Positions 11,510-25,524 of a stretch of DNA of 64,000 bases are shown here, one piece after another; position 1 is the first letter of the stretch; each line of letters starts with the position of its first letter. This DNA comes from Leucoraja ocellata (taxonomy: Eukaryota): positions 930,001 through 994,000 of the forward strand of contig JAWMAR010000293.1 in NCBI GenBank assembly GCA_036785375.1, in the 5' to 3' direction. Position numbers and translations under genes: made by a program. Under the pieces are notes generated by a model, which had not been told where the DNA came from, searched no databases, and worked only from the letters and a program-made list of their open reading frames with translations.

Positions 11510-11953
11510 GACCAACACGATGGCAGCAGCAACGGGACCCCTCGCCTGCCGCAGCTCGGGACTGTCACCCAGCACTTGTACTCCGCAGCCCCTCCTCTGT
11601 CTCACACCCCGAGCTCCGACTTCGGGCCACCCTACTTCCCCCCTCCGTACCAGCCCCTGGCCTATACCCAGTCCTCGGACCACTACTCTCACCTAAGCGA
11701 CCCCTACTCCCTCAACGTGCTCCACCACCACCCGCAGCAGCAGCAGCAATCGGGCTGGCCGGCGCGCCAGGGACAGGAGACGGTGCTCTCTCATCACCAG
11801 CGGGTCAGCGCGGCCGCACACCTCTCGGCGCTGGAACCCAGGAGGGACATCCGCCGCCCAGACATCCTCATCCCGGGCCCTCACCACATGGACACGGCGC
11901 TGGTGGAAAACCTCACCATGCACGACGCGGTTCACGCGATGGAGGAAGTGCAG
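11510..11953 (+). CDS. TFAP2C: TFAP2C-like exon 2, proline/glutamine-rich activation domain with PY motif
   Basis: Acceptor ctcccccag|GAC, donor CAG|GTAAAC, 444 nt within ORF 11411-11974. Encodes DQHDGSSNGTPRLPQL...PPYFPPPYQPL...MEEVQ. Confidence 0.96.
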
Positions 11954-13510
11954 GTAAACTATCTGCTTAAGTAATGGCCTTTGAAATATCTTTGAGAACA
12001 TCTGAACAAGAATTTCAGGTTATTCCCGAAAGGGAATCGTTTCAAATTCGCCCATAATTGTTGATTGCAACAACTACAGGGCGGCTTCGGTAGAAGGGCT
12101 CACACATTCTCAGCGAGAGACACTGAAGTCCCGTTCTCGATTTGGAATGTAAATATAGTCCTCCCGGTAGAACGAGTGCAGGTTGATTTGGCGATGGCGG
12201 TGTGATGAGGATTGAGGGATGGGTCAGAGAGAGAGAGAGAGAGAGAGTTCACGGTAATGTGTTTAATGTGTGTCCTGCTCGAACACACATTAAAAAGCAC
12301 AGAGCTCCCACTAAATCAAAGGCAAACGAACCTCTCACAGAGTGAATGAAACGGGTCTCAATGACAAATCGGAAACTCGTTTTACACGAAAGTGAAGTAA
12401 ATCCTCCTCAAATCGCTAGAACAGCAAATTCTAACGTTTACCACATCAACTGTGTACCAATCTGCCTTTCCAGACTACAATTTAACACCCATAACAGCCA
12501 ATATTAACAGCAATGGCTTATATCTATTTTGACATAATTGATCATGAAATGACCGTCATTGGAGTAGGCCATTCGGTCCTTCAAGCCAGCACCGCCATTC
12601 AATGTGATCATGGCTGATCATCCCCAATCAGTACCCCGTTCCTGCCTTCTCCCCATATCCCCTGACTCTGCTATTTTTAAGAGCCCTATCTAGCTCTCTC
12701 TTGAAAGCATCCAGAGAACCTGCCTCCACCTGAGGCAGAGAATTCCACAGACTCGCCACTCTCTGCGAGGAAAAAGTGTTTCCTAATCTCCATTCTAAAT
12801 GGCCCATTCTAATCCCCATTCTAATCTTCTCGCTTTAAGCCACAACATTTGTTAAATGCTACTGTTAAATTAATTCTGTGTGTGGAGGCAGGTGGTTTCA
12901 CACCTGACTGGGATGTATGGATATATATATATCACCTGCCTTCACACACAGAATTAATTTAACAGTAGCATTTAATATATATATATATATATTGATACAA
13001 ATACATCGATAGATACAAATACATCGATAGATGCTCCTGAACACATCATCATTGATGTAACCTGGGGTCATTGGGTGTTTCGGTCTTTCAACATCAGACA
13101 ACCTCACCCAGGCGACCCAGCCGTGGTTGATCATAATATATATATTAACACGAGATGCAACAGTTAAACGCGAGGCAGTGATGGACTGGAAGTTGTTAAA
13201 GGCCGGTGGGTGGGCTGGGGAAAAAGGGGTTTGCTCCGTGCAGGGGAGGGGGGCTGGGGGGCTGGGTGGAAGGTGGAACGCACTTTTATCACCCCTCACA
13301 TGTGGGGTGTGAGGAGGGCAAGGGTGGTGTGGAAACACTGGGCAGCCTGGTGTCACCCAGTACTGCGCCAAGTACCCACATTTCTGGCCACGAACGGTCA
13401 ATTAACAGTATTCACTCCATACTCCATATATATATATATATACCCTTTTATATCTTATTCTTGATGATTTAAATACCAGAACACGCCAGAGTGCTTGGCG
13501 AACACTGGCC

Positions 13511-13776
13511 GTTTGTTCACTGCCTTTCATCAACTAAGGCATTATTTGTGTTTTTTCTTGATTCCTTTAGCATCTAAAAAGTTTCAGAAGTGATTAATCT
13601 GGCTGTAATTTTTTTTGATCGCTCATGGTTCCCATGGGTTTTTACATACAAAATGAAAACGCATCTGAAGAAAAATTAACAGCCAGAATGATCACTTCTG
13701 AGAATTTTTAGATGCCAAAGAAATCAAGAAAAAACACAAATAATGCCTTACTGTTGATGAAATGCAGTGAGCAAAC
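13511..13776. repeat. ~105-bp-arm inverted repeat, probably part of a non-autonomous DNA transposon extending to ~14093
   Basis: GTTTGTTCACTGCCTTTCATCAAC-TAAGGCATTATTTGTGTTTTTTCTTGATT... mirrored by ...AATCAAGAAAAAACACAAATAATGCCTTACTGTTGATGAAATGCAGTGAGCAAAC. Confidence 0.8.
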
Positions 13777-14197
13777 ACGATAATCCCCAATATTTTCAAT
13801 GTTTACCAAGCACTTTAGCTGCTGTAGTCCCTTCAGTTCTCGCTTCTCTACACCTTCATTTCGCTTCACGTTTGGAATTCTAAAGTTGGGTATATGTCTC
13901 TCACACTTACCCCGACTCCCACAATTTTTTTCGGCTCAAAAATTCAACATTTTGGAGATTTCTAACAGGTAGGAAAGTATGCGTTTCTAGCATTAATAAC
14001 ATATACCGGAAGTGACGGATGTCTTCCAGTTGGATTTAGCGGCTCCGTGCGTCGAGCCCTATGACCCAGTGACCTTTCGTGCAACCACCCTATAAGGGGG
14101 AAAGGCTGGATCAGACACAGGCCGCCAGGTTCCGGGCAGCGGGGGGTGATCGCAGCTTGGAGCCGCCCTTTACACGGTGATTTTTGTTTATTTACAG

Positions 14198-14249
14198 CAC
14201 GCCGAGGACCCGAGCATGCTCATACAAGACCATGGGGTGATCAGGAAAG
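14198..14249 (+). CDS. TFAP2C: TFAP2C-like exon 3 (HAEDPSMLIQDHGVIRK+G)
   Basis: Acceptor tttacag|CAC, donor AAAG|GTAAGA. 52 nt, ending in the AP-2 D..VIRKG motif; phase 1 matches exon 4. Confidence 0.93.
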
Positions 14250-15829
14250 GTAAGAGTGGCCGCCGCCAGCTTAATTACAAACTCCAGCCTGGCTCCAGCC
14301 AGCCGGTACAGACACGCGGGACCAACCAACACTCCAGCTCCACTCGTTACCCCAGCGTTTGCCAAGCAGCATTAATGAGCAATTCACCACATTGAGGGAT
14401 CCAGTTGGATCTGGACTGACAGGAATTGCCTTGCTCAGTCCTGGACCTGGTCTGACCATGGCTCGTTTCCTGGAAGTCGACTAGTTTTACATTATATTTA
14501 GATTCCCCCTCTTCCCAAAAGTTGGGTGAGGACCCTACAGGCAGCCAAATGGCGCAGGGAGTGGAGCTGCTGCCTCACAGCCCCAGAGTCCCGGGTTCGG
14601 TCCTGACCTGGACTGCTGCCTGTGTGGTGTTTGTATGTTCTCCTTGTGACCGCAAGCATTTTTCTCTCCCACAACCCAAATATGGGACATTGAGACACAA
14701 GAGATGCAAACAAACTTGCGGAGGAACCCAACTGGTCAGGTAGCATCAGTGGAGGGAAATAGACCGTCGAGGTAGGGGATGGAGACTCTTCTTCAGACTG
14801 AAGGGCCCCAACCCTAAAAATGCCCTCTGTCCATTCCTTCCACAGATGCAGCCTGACCTGCTGAGCTCTTCCTGTGATTTTGCTTTCCTTTCGGTGTTGT
14901 GCTCTGCCAGCCCGAGTTTGCACAGTTTGCCTGTTGGAGTCAGGGCTTTTTTGCACAGCTTTAGTAGGGGTCTGGTTTGTGTGAGGATCCTGCTTGATTT
15001 TTCTCCAATACAAGATTGAGGTTTAGTTTGGTTAAATAAATTCCAATGGCGTACTGCAAAGAGCAAAGCGTCCTCTCAGCCTCTGCAACTTGTTCATCCA
15101 TCCGGGTGAACCTAGAGGCCACTGGCTTTAATAGGACACCGCTGAGAGCAAGCCTGGAATAAAAGAAAGGTGTTGAATTTGGCATTTCTGAGTTTCTAAT
15201 TGTGGCTGTGTGTGTAGAATTAGTTAATCAATGTTGAAGAGTTTTCACAGTGGTGCAGGAATATGGTAAACTGAGATAATATACTCCCCAGGTAACCAAT
15301 GGTGAGAGTGTGGCTGTGGGATTTTCCTGTTGAAATCTCTGGAAACTGTCAACCAAGTACTTGCCTTAGTCTTACTAGTCAGAATCGGATAGTATAGTAT
15401 AATATAGGAAAATGCTTAATCTGTTATAAGATGGTAACACTTTCAGGGGTAATTTAGTGTGTAATTTAAAAAATAATTTAGTGTGGTGGACTGGTTGTAG
15501 GACATATCAAATATGGTTTCAAATTGCCTCTAATCAATTCTTCCTCTCAGTTGTTAAACCAATGGATGGATCATTTATACTTCATTTTAGTGTCAGTGTT
15601 ACGAGGTGGGACCATGATTCTGTCTACGTGAGCAATAAAGTTCTGCTATTTTAGGGAAGTTCCAAAATACTTTACAGTCTATGGACCTTGTTCGTTTGCT
15701 GAAGTACAGCAGATTTATGCTGCCACTTTGCAACCTGTGTTTCCATATTTCTCTGACTGCGATGGTATTAATGCCTCTTTGAATAGGAGGTATCACTACT
15801 TCATTAATAGCATCAATGTTAACTTGTTT

Positions 15830-17150
15830 ATCTAGAATATAAAAGTTGGGGCATTATGTTACAAAGCACTGATTGAGCCACACTTGAATATTGTATGAAA
15901 TTCTGGTCGCCACTCTAAAGGACCGATGTGATTGCACTGCAGAGGGTGCAGAGGAGATTCACCAGAATGTCGCCTGGATTGGAGAGCTTTAGTTATGAGG
16001 AGTGATTGTAAAGACTGGAGGTGTTTTCCCTGGAGTGGGAGGTTGATGAGTGACCTGATAGAAGCATGTCAGACAATGAGCAACACAAACAGGTAAATAG
16101 TCCAAATATTTTATATGTGGGCAGCACAGTGGTGCAGTGGCAGAGTTGCTATCTTACAGCGCCAGGGACCTGGGTTCGATCCTGACCATGGGTGCTGCCT
16201 GTATAGAGCTTGTGAGTTAAGGGTGAAGGAGAGAAGTAGGAATTCTAAAAGGGGATGTGAAAAGTGAAAGTTAAACACAGTATTGATAACTTGAAAGCAT
16301 TTCCAGGGGAGGTGGTCGAATCAGGTACAATTACCATGTTTAAAAGGCATTTAGATAGACATTTACATAGGCAAGGCATGGAAGGATCTAGTGTTAATGA
16401 AGGCAAATAGGATTAACGTAATGGGCATAAATGTCGGCAAGGACACAGTGGGCCGAAGGACCAGTTTCTGTGCTGGACGATTCTACAAGTTTATTGAAGA
16501 TAGACAAAAATGCTGGAGAAACTCAACGGGCACAGCAGCATCTATGGAGCGAAGGAAATAGGCAAAGTTTCGGGCCGAAACCCTTTTCCTTCGCTCCATA
16601 GATGCTGCTGCACTGGCTGAGTTTCTCCAGCACTTTTGTCTACCTTCGATTTTCCGCAAGGCTCGGTGTTGGGACCCCAGTTATTTACAATATATATTAG
16701 CGATTTAGACAAGGGAATTAATTATGACATCTCCAAGTTTGTGGATAACACAAGCTGGGTGGCAGTGTGAGCTGTGATGAGGATGCTATGAGGCTGCAGG
16801 GTGACTTGAATAGGTTTGGTGAGTGGGCAGATGCAGTATAATGTGGACATATGTGAGGTTATCCACTTTGGTGGCAAGAACAGGAAGGCAGATTATTATC
16901 TGAATTGTGTCAGATTGGGAAAAGGAGAAGTGCAACAAGATCTGGGTGTCCTTGTGCATCAGTCACTGAAAGTAAGCATGCACGTACAGCAGGTAGTGAA
17001 GAAAGCTAATGGTTTGTTGGCATTCATTGCAAGAGGATTTGAGTTTAGGAGTAAGGAGGTCCTACTGCAGTTGTGCAGGGCCCTGGTGGGACTGCACCTG
17101 GAGTATTATGTGCAATTCTGGTCTAATTATTGCTATTGCGGGAGTGCAGC
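15830..17150 (+). mobile_element. CR1 fragments (old copy 15830-16480 interrupted by a SINE head; RT fragment 16655-17150)
   Basis: QGSVLGPQLF and CEVIHFGGKN...HLEYYVQFWS motifs with frameshifts. Confidence 0.8.
16496..16655. mobile_element. PLE-derived foldback (family B) abutting a CR1 RT fragment
   Basis: Inverted arms around TTTCGGGCCGAAAC. Confidence 0.75.
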
Positions 17151-20100
17151 GTACTAAAGCAATGGCATTTAGTGTAGATGGTTTCTTCCAGATGTGAGAC
17201 TGGTGATTGTTGCAGTTGATGCTATTTGCTTTGGACTGAAGATAGTTTAAATGATTGAGAACTTTGTATCGTACAAGGTCAGCATCAACCTTTGGTCGGA
17301 ACCCATTCGCAATTTTGTGTCCCTGTCATGGTTTATAATTGATCTACAATGAGCCGAACAGACCTGATTAGAAATTCAATGACATTATTTTCATAGGTAG
17401 TGTATAATACCCTAATGCAACCATGTTGCACATTTAGTGGCACTGTCTGGAAGGAGTTACCACATTGCGATGCATTTTTAAAATTCCTGGCACCTAGCAC
17501 AAGTGCAAGCTGCCAGATCCCACAGATGCGACTTTCTACATTGAGGTATGTTGGATGAGCGGTTGACAATCATTTGTTCTCCTTTGAATATCAATTACGC
17601 TCGGATAATTAGTTACCTCAGAAGTCAGAGCAGGAGCGTAGGCAATTTGGCAAGTCTGATGTGATCTTAGGACAGGCTGCTGAATGATAATCCTGCTTCT
17701 GAACCAGCTCACCCACAGCTACCTGCCCGTTCGAGTCTGCATCCTGGTAGAAATCCTGGGGATTAATTTTTCCAGCCCGTATGTGCATTAATGTTTTGCA
17801 GGAATGTACTGCTGGTTTGTGGCTGCTGGGGCCAGTATTTGCTTAACTGCATTTTAAAAAAAATACTAACAACATCCTATGAAAATGATAATATTTGGTG
17901 GTTTGAGAATAATTGATTCCCACAAATATCAATCCGTTTCAATATCTGGCAACTTTTATTACTAGCTAGAAACTTGGGGTATCCTGTACTAATTGTCATC
18001 ACTGATTTTTGCAATGTCATTTTATCCACTCTGCTCTAAACAAATTGCATTGTGGAGCAACCTCCCCCTTGAACTGGTGTGACTGTGACTGCTTGCTTAG
18101 TCACGGCAGCATCAATACTTTTGATAGTTGTTGTCAGCTCTCCTCACCACTCAGACTGTTTTCTCTACGTCTGACAGATGTGACAGTAAGTCTATCCAAT
18201 ACTGAGTGAGCAGTTCCTTGATCCCTGCTGTATCAGTCTGTGCCAGAATCTCCAAAGCTATTAAACTTTGCTTGGATTGAAATCAAAATCATCTTGTCAT
18301 GGTAACATGCCCATCAGAGATATATTTCTTGTCGTCAAAGTTTTGCTGTATTCAAATTTAGCAGAATTCCATGATTATTGCAGGCTTCTAGGTTTCCATA
18401 AAATTGTAATCTCAAATCGTTGCTCTCAGCCTCTTCAAAACGCCACATCACAGAATCTGTGCAGTGATCCTCCTCCTCCCGATCCTCCCAGCAGCTGAAA
18501 CACCTGTTGGAAAACTGTGCTTACTGCCCTGATTCTGAATAGTAACACTTGCAGCACCCTAGTTCAAAACGTGTGCAAAGCATTATCTATAATTAGATGT
18601 TTGTGGGAACACACAGTGGAATCCATCTTGGGCTTTGAAAGTTGTGGGCCATTGCGTAATGTAGACCTGTGGCTATATCTACAATTCTTGGCAATGGTAG
18701 AATTGTTTGATTCTCGGATCTGTGGTGTAGCATTTTCACGGCTCAGTATTATCCATGAGATGGAAACGAGGAACTGCAGATTCTGGTTTGCACAGATAAA
18801 TGGACACAGAGTGCTGCAGTAACTCAGCGGGTCAGGCAGCATAATCGAACATGGATAGGTGGCGTTTTGGGTTGGAATCCTTCTTCGGACTGCACCCCTC
18901 TTCCATCTGAAGAAGGGTCCCGATCCAAAATGTCACCTATCCATGTTTTCCAGAGATGTTGCTTGACAGGCTGGGATACTCCAGGATCGTTTTCAGTTAC
19001 GATCAGTGTTCTTACAGGGGTTATGTTCTGTCAGGCCAGGCAAACCAAGGTTTCCTTCAAGCTGCTGGGGTATGGAATGTGTTGGAGTGGATTTACTGCC
19101 TTGCTGAATATGATTCAAAGCACTCCCTCAACTTGTCTAAACATGTCACTGAAGATTTGGATGCTCTAGTATTGAACACTCCTTGGTTAGTACCTTGAGG
19201 TAATTGCCTGTGTTCTATTACTCCAGTACCTAATGTCAATGCCCATGCAGTGGTTGTAGAATATTGCATTCATAATCTTAAAGGTTCAGCATACCTCTAC
19301 ATTTGAATATCTTCTGATGGGAAGTCTAGCCAAAATCGCTGCATTTTAAACTTTGTTTGCTTGCATCGGGTATCGTTGGAGTTTAACTACTTTGCCATGT
19401 GCATTCATTTTAATTGATATCTTTAGGAGCTCTCAGACACCTGCTTAATGTAACACATTGGAAGTCATCCATACTGACTTTGATGACAAAGACTTATTTT
19501 TGTCCTTGGTTTATCTTCTCTTGCTAGATGTCTGTGCACAGACTGTTGTTTACCACAGCATTTCTATGCAAAGCTGTTGCTCTTTCTGCATTTCCACACC
19601 TTCCCAAAGAATGAGGACAGTTTTGTTTCATGAAATACTTCCCTCCCATAGTTCAATCACGCTAGAGTCTTTGCACTGTGGTCTGGGTCCTGATGCTTAT
19701 CTGCGCTTTCTCTGACATTAATTATCACACTCTCATTCTGTCTCTTCAACGTAGGGAAGTCTTTGTGTTGCTTTACAACCCAAAATGCCTCACCAGCCTT
19801 TATGAAGTTTAAATTAGCCACTTGAAGCAGTTTCTTATAAAGTTATACAGCTTTGAATCAGGTCTTTAGGTCCATCATGTCTGTGCTAACCACCAAGCAT
19901 CCCTCTTTGTCACAAACCCTCATGTAGCCATTTAACCCCCCCCCCCACCCCCCTCATTCTTTTCAATCTTTTAACCTACACGTCCATAGTGTTGGAATGT
20001 TCCTTCTGGATTAATGGCATCAAACAAGGTGAAGATTTGCAATGAAAGATGCAAAATGTTGGAGTAACTCAACAGGTCGGGTAGCATCCCTGGAGGACAT

Positions 20101-21719
20101 GGATAGGTGACATTTTGGGTCAGGACTGCTCCAATACTGGTCTTGTTTCATTGACACCTCGTCTGTGTGCCTCTCTCAGCACCCCCCCCCCCCCCCTCCC
20201 TCTCCCCCCTCCCTCTCTCCAGTAAATGTTTAAAACAGTCACTACCACTAGGTGTCAATATCTCCATGAAGAGAGGCATACCCATACCCTGTGCTGTATG
20301 AAATCAATATTTCACAAGCGTATAAAATACCAAGTTAACACCAAGTGATTAAATTTGTGGAAGGCCACAGGTTTACTGTTTTATGGGACCTAATGCAGGG
20401 AGAGAGATTTATGGTCTGGCTAACCAACACAGTTGTAGAACGGCAAATATTCACCCCATTGAACACTCCTAATGTTACACGTCCCCGCAGTGTGGAAGGA
20501 CAATCCAGTGTGGTTCAGGATTGAGTACCTGCACTCCTGACATGTTTGGGTACCGGACTCTGTGTTTACATTACCTGAGCTGTCTCGTATATACACAGCT
20601 CTGCCCTGGTCCAGGTTAGTAAAAATCGTTTCCAGTAGCCCAACAAAGTGGGCAGCTTTGGAAAGAGGGAGGTTGGAGCAATGAAGTTGTGTGGACTGTA
20701 ATTGCTGGGGTGTTCTTTGTGTTTAGAGCACGGGCTTTATACTTGAATAAAAGATGGGAAGTTTCCAAGTTGATGATAATTGGGATCAGATTTGCAATAT
20801 TGATAACCACTGATTATTAGAGGCTTCTCGAAGGAAAGGCTACATTTGTAGGGGATACTTTTTCCCTGGTGAAGAACTTTTCCATATCCCAATGTTTAAA
20901 CGTTGCACCCAGCGAAATAGTTCGCAACATTTTGTCAGACTGCTCTTTCTTTCGAAGTGGCCTTGTTATTCCTTTAAGCGGTGTAACAAGATTGCCAACT
21001 CAAAGAGAAATGATGAAAACAAAACAGCTATTTAAAATGCCCACACTAATCCATTCCCCATCAGTTCTGATGACTTGTTTCCACATTGATCTTCCATTCT
21101 GACCCTGTAGATGTACACTGAACAACATGATTGTAAGTATTGTCTTTTTGCTGACTAGATAGCATGCAACAACGAAGCTTTCCACTGTACCTTGTTACAC
21201 GTGACAGTAAATGAAACTAAAGTAAACCTTTCTAACATTGCTGAACCATAGCTGTTGTTCTTGAGGTGCTGTTGGGTTGAAACCCTGAACCATTGTAGCA
21301 GCTGCAATCTTCATCTACAATGCCAACCTCCATCCACAATGTTGACCCCCCCCCCCGCCTGCTGTTCTCCATCTCTTATATGAATTCTGATATAAACAGC
21401 CGAACTGCCTCGCTCACTGTAGTATTACTTTCAGTACAAAGGTGCAGGACAAACGGAGAGGATCCTGTACCAAAGAGCTGTGATCTCTGTTATGCTGTTG
21501 CTTTTACCCAGCCAAATATAACATTTACGTAATGAGTCTGATTATATGAGACCGAGGACTACAAAAGTGTTAGATTAGGGGCTGTCATTTGTGTTTTGAC
21601 TGTATGTCCCTTTCCAAGAAATGGCCAGTGATCGACTCAGCAAGTACAGACAGCAGAGGTGCACACTCTACACATAAACTATGGAATCACATAGACTGGA
21701 AGACTGGGAGATCAGGTGG

Positions 21720-22146
21720 GGATAGGCTTGGCAATCGCTTCGCGAACACCTCCGCTCGGTTCGCAATGACCAACCTGATCTCCCGGTGGCTCAGCACTTC
21801 AACTCCCTCTCCTATTCCGAATCCGACCTTTCTGTCCTGGGCCTCCTCCACGGCCAGAGTGAGGACCACCGGATATTGGAGGAGCAGCACCTCGTATTCC
21901 GCGATTGGTCAGTTTGTACCCCAGCGGTATGAACATTGACTTCTCTAATTTCAGGTAGTCCTTACTGTCTCCTCCCCTTCTCAGCTCTCCCACAGCCCCC
22001 TGGCTCCTCCTCTTCCTTTCTTTTCCCCACCCCCCACCCACCCTCACATCAGTCTCAAGAAGGGTTTTGGCCCGAAACGTTGCCTATTTCCTTCGCTCCA
22101 TAGATGCTGCTGCACCCACTGAGTTTCTCCAGCATTTTTGTCTACC
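21720..22146 (+). mobile_element. Penelope-like retroelement 3' fragment (degenerate GIY-YIG endonuclease C-terminus, 3' tail and mutated hammerhead)
   Basis: Frameshifted RLGNRF(A)EHLRSVRNDQPDLPVAQHFNS..SDLSVLGLL...LEEQHLVF...GMNIDFSNF, then a pyrimidine tract, CTCAAGAAGGGTTTTGGCCCGAAACGTT and the tail shared by the foldbacks. Confidence 0.8.
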
Positions 22147-25100
22147 ATTGATATTGAGTTTAGTATTGGTATTACTATTGCACATATCGAGATACAGTTT
22201 TGAGTGCAAATCGTACCATATATAAGAGTAGAATCAATCTATTCATGAGGGTGATCCAACGGGTAGTGCAGAAAGTGAATGGAAACCGAGTTCAGAAAAG
22301 CAAGATTGCAGGGTTCTGTCCTAGACCCCCTCCGTGTATCCACTTAAAGTCTCCATTCACCACATCATAATCTGTAGTTACAACTGCGACCTTATTTCAC
22401 AACTTCACCAGCAGCACCCAGCAGCTCTTGGTAGTCCACTTGGTTTGAATCTAATAGTTCACAACTTGTCTTAGTCAATCGTTTTTGCACATTGTCTTCT
22501 TCCTGCTGTTATCTCCTGAGTTCCCTCTTCTGCCCCCACAGTGTTGGAGAACTCCCTGTACCTGGAGTGCTGCCTATGTAGAGATGTAATCTGTCGTGAT
22601 GGGTCCCAATACTCCAGGAATCCAAAATGCTCCCCCCTCCCCCCTACATTGTACCGTCCTCCAATATTCACGACTTTTTGACACTGTTTATCAAACACAT
22701 TGCTAACTTTTGAGGGCCTGTTTCTTGATATCTTGCCCAGCTCCTTCCATTCTACCTGTATTACTGATCAAACATAGGCCATGAACCCTATCAGCTCATC
22801 TAGGACTTTCCTGTACCTTGCCTTGCTGCTGCTGATGGAGTGGTTGTTATAGATGGTTGGTTTGCTGTGTTGTGTTTATACTTTTGTCTGAGATCATTGT
22901 GTTGGGTGGGGTACGCCTTCTGGGTCAGCAGCTCTCGTCTTGGGTCAGGCTTTAACTCCTAATTAACATCACAAAGCCACTGCTGGTGTTCTGTATACCT
23001 TGCAGGCTAAGGCATACTCTGAACTAAAGCAGCACAGGTTAACCCTTATGAGTATTGAATAGCTTTTGTAACTTACATATTTGTTAACTAGCCAAGCCCT
23101 TTGTTTATTGGGGCGGGCAGCGTCTCTGGAGAGAAGGAATGGGTGATTGGGATAATACGCCAAATCCTGTCTCAGGTAAAACTTAAAGTGCTGGAATAAC
23201 TCAGTGGGTTAGGCAGCATCTGTGGAGGGAATGGATAGGCAATGTTTCATGTCTTCAACTTTTCCTTTCGTTATATCTCAGCTTGCTCTATTTGGTATTA
23301 GACAGCAAAGCTAAATGCAACGATAAAACAGAAAATGCTGGAAATATGCAGCAGTTCAGGCAGTATCTGTTGGAAGAGAAACATTACAAATTCTGAAACC
23401 AGAAATTCTGAAACATTAACTGTTTCTCTTTTCACATTCACTGCCTGATCCCAGTATCTGCAGTATTTTTTTTTAAAAAGGCATGTTGGCGAGATTTTCA
23501 ATTGAAATCTAAATTGGAGGATGAACCTATGATGTAGAAAATCAAGGATGAATCGTTACCTGATCTTATCTGCTATAGACACAAAAGGTCACTGATTTCC
23601 AGGCTACCAGGAATCAAGGGCTGAAGATGCAATCCGTGCCCTGTGTGTAAATGGACATTGTTTGCAGAATTGCAGGGTAATTCTCCCACTGTCTTACTGA
23701 TCACACTTTAGCCGAACGCAACTCTAGAAACAAGACATCATACTTTTTCTCATTGCTGTTTCTGGGGCTGTGCTGAGTAATAATCTTCAGCGTTTACAGT
23801 AAGAACCGTCAAATTTCATTAAGACGGTGGAGCAAGAGACTGGAGATGCTGGATTATTGAATAAAAACAAACTGCTGCAGTAACTCAGACTGCATCTGTG
23901 GGAGAAATGAACAGATGACATTTCAGGGTGGGACCCTCCTCCAATCTTCAGCAGTTTGGTTTTCTCACTCACAGACGCTGACTGGCCCACTGAGTTTCTG
24001 CAGCAGCTTATTTTGAGTATCAGCAATCGTTCAAAAGAAGGATCCCAACCAGAAACTTCATCTGCCAGTTTCTCCCCCCCCCCCCCCCCCACCTTTGGAT
24101 GCTGTCTAACCTGCTCATTTTCTCCAGAAGTTTGTTTTCAAAATAATTTCTTTACTTTTCCCTTTATAAAGAGTCTAGATAATTTAGGGAGCAGAAAATA
24201 TTTCTATGTAAACTTGTTTCTATTCCACTTGAGCTTGCGTGTGGATTAAATCATTTCTGCAGGCATGCCTGGGGTCCTGTCCTTGTTTGTCACTCCGAGA
24301 CCCCTGCTGTAAAGTGTGCTTTACATGACTGCCACAGAGTAAGGGTTGCGCTCTGCGATGCTGCTGCAGTTAAGTAACCCAGAGCTCATTGTCAAAGCTT
24401 GCTCATCAGAAACCCTCCAGGTGCCTGCAACCTTTAAGTCAATAGGGACACTTCAGAACATTGCCCACGACTCCTTCAATCATGGACATTGTTCAAAATT
24501 CAGGAATGTCCAAAGTCTAAGACCAGGGGTGGCACAGTGGCATGTCTAGTGGAATCGTTGCATCAAATCACCAGTGATCTAGGTTCAATTCTGTCCTTGA
24601 GTGTTATCTGTGTGGAGTTTGCACGTTCTCCCTGTGACGGTGTGGGTTTCCTTCAGGCATGCCAGTTTTTTCCAAAACACTTGCATGTTAGTAAGCTAAT
24701 TGACCTCTGTAAATTGACCAAGGTGTTTAAATGATTAGTGGGAAATGGAGGAAGTTGTTGAAATATGAATCAAATCAATGGTATTGGCGTGAGATAAGTG
24801 TAAATGTGTATTTGATGGTCAGTGCCGACTCGATGGGATGAAGTGCCGGTTTCCCTGTGTATGACACTCTGGTCTTGTGAGCAATTGATTGATACACACC
24901 ACCTAATGGAGAATCTCTGGATGCAGAGATATTTGGGGTGAGAGTGGGAGGATGCCCTGAGAATGGAGCTTGGAGGTGGAGGACGGGAGGGGAGAAGTTG
25001 GGAACAAGCAAGCATAGTTAAGTTCCAAGATCAAGGGATTTGGATGTATCTTGGATCTGCGAGCTCTACCAGAAGGACACTCTAAATGGTGCTGTTTTAG

Positions 25101-25524
25101 ATGAAACTGCTATGAGAGCACGTTGTTCTGCCACCCCTCTTGGGACAATATGTCCTTGGAATGCAAGTGCTCAGGAGAGAATGCTGAGAAGATTCACAGT
25201 CATTTAGTTTAGTTTATTATTGTCATGTGTACCGAAATACAGTGAAAAGATTTTTAGTTGTGTGCTGTCCAGTCAGTGAAAAGACCTTGCATGATTACAA
25301 TCAAGCTGGCCACAGTGTAAAGTTCAATTAAAGATAGTCCAAGCATCTCCAATGAAATAATATAGTAGGTCAGGACCGCTCTCTCGTTGGGAATATGATG
25401 GTTAGGCTGCTTGATAACAGGTGGGAAGAAACTGTCCCTGAATCTGGAGGTTTGCGATTTCACACCCCTGCACATCTTGCCTGATGGGAGAGGGGAGAAG
25501 AGGGAGTGACCAGGGTGAGATGAA

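Noticed and set aside
11470-11970. 166-aa overlapping ORF in exon 2
   Set aside because: Shifted frame of a GC-rich exon with few stop codons; no homology or proper start.
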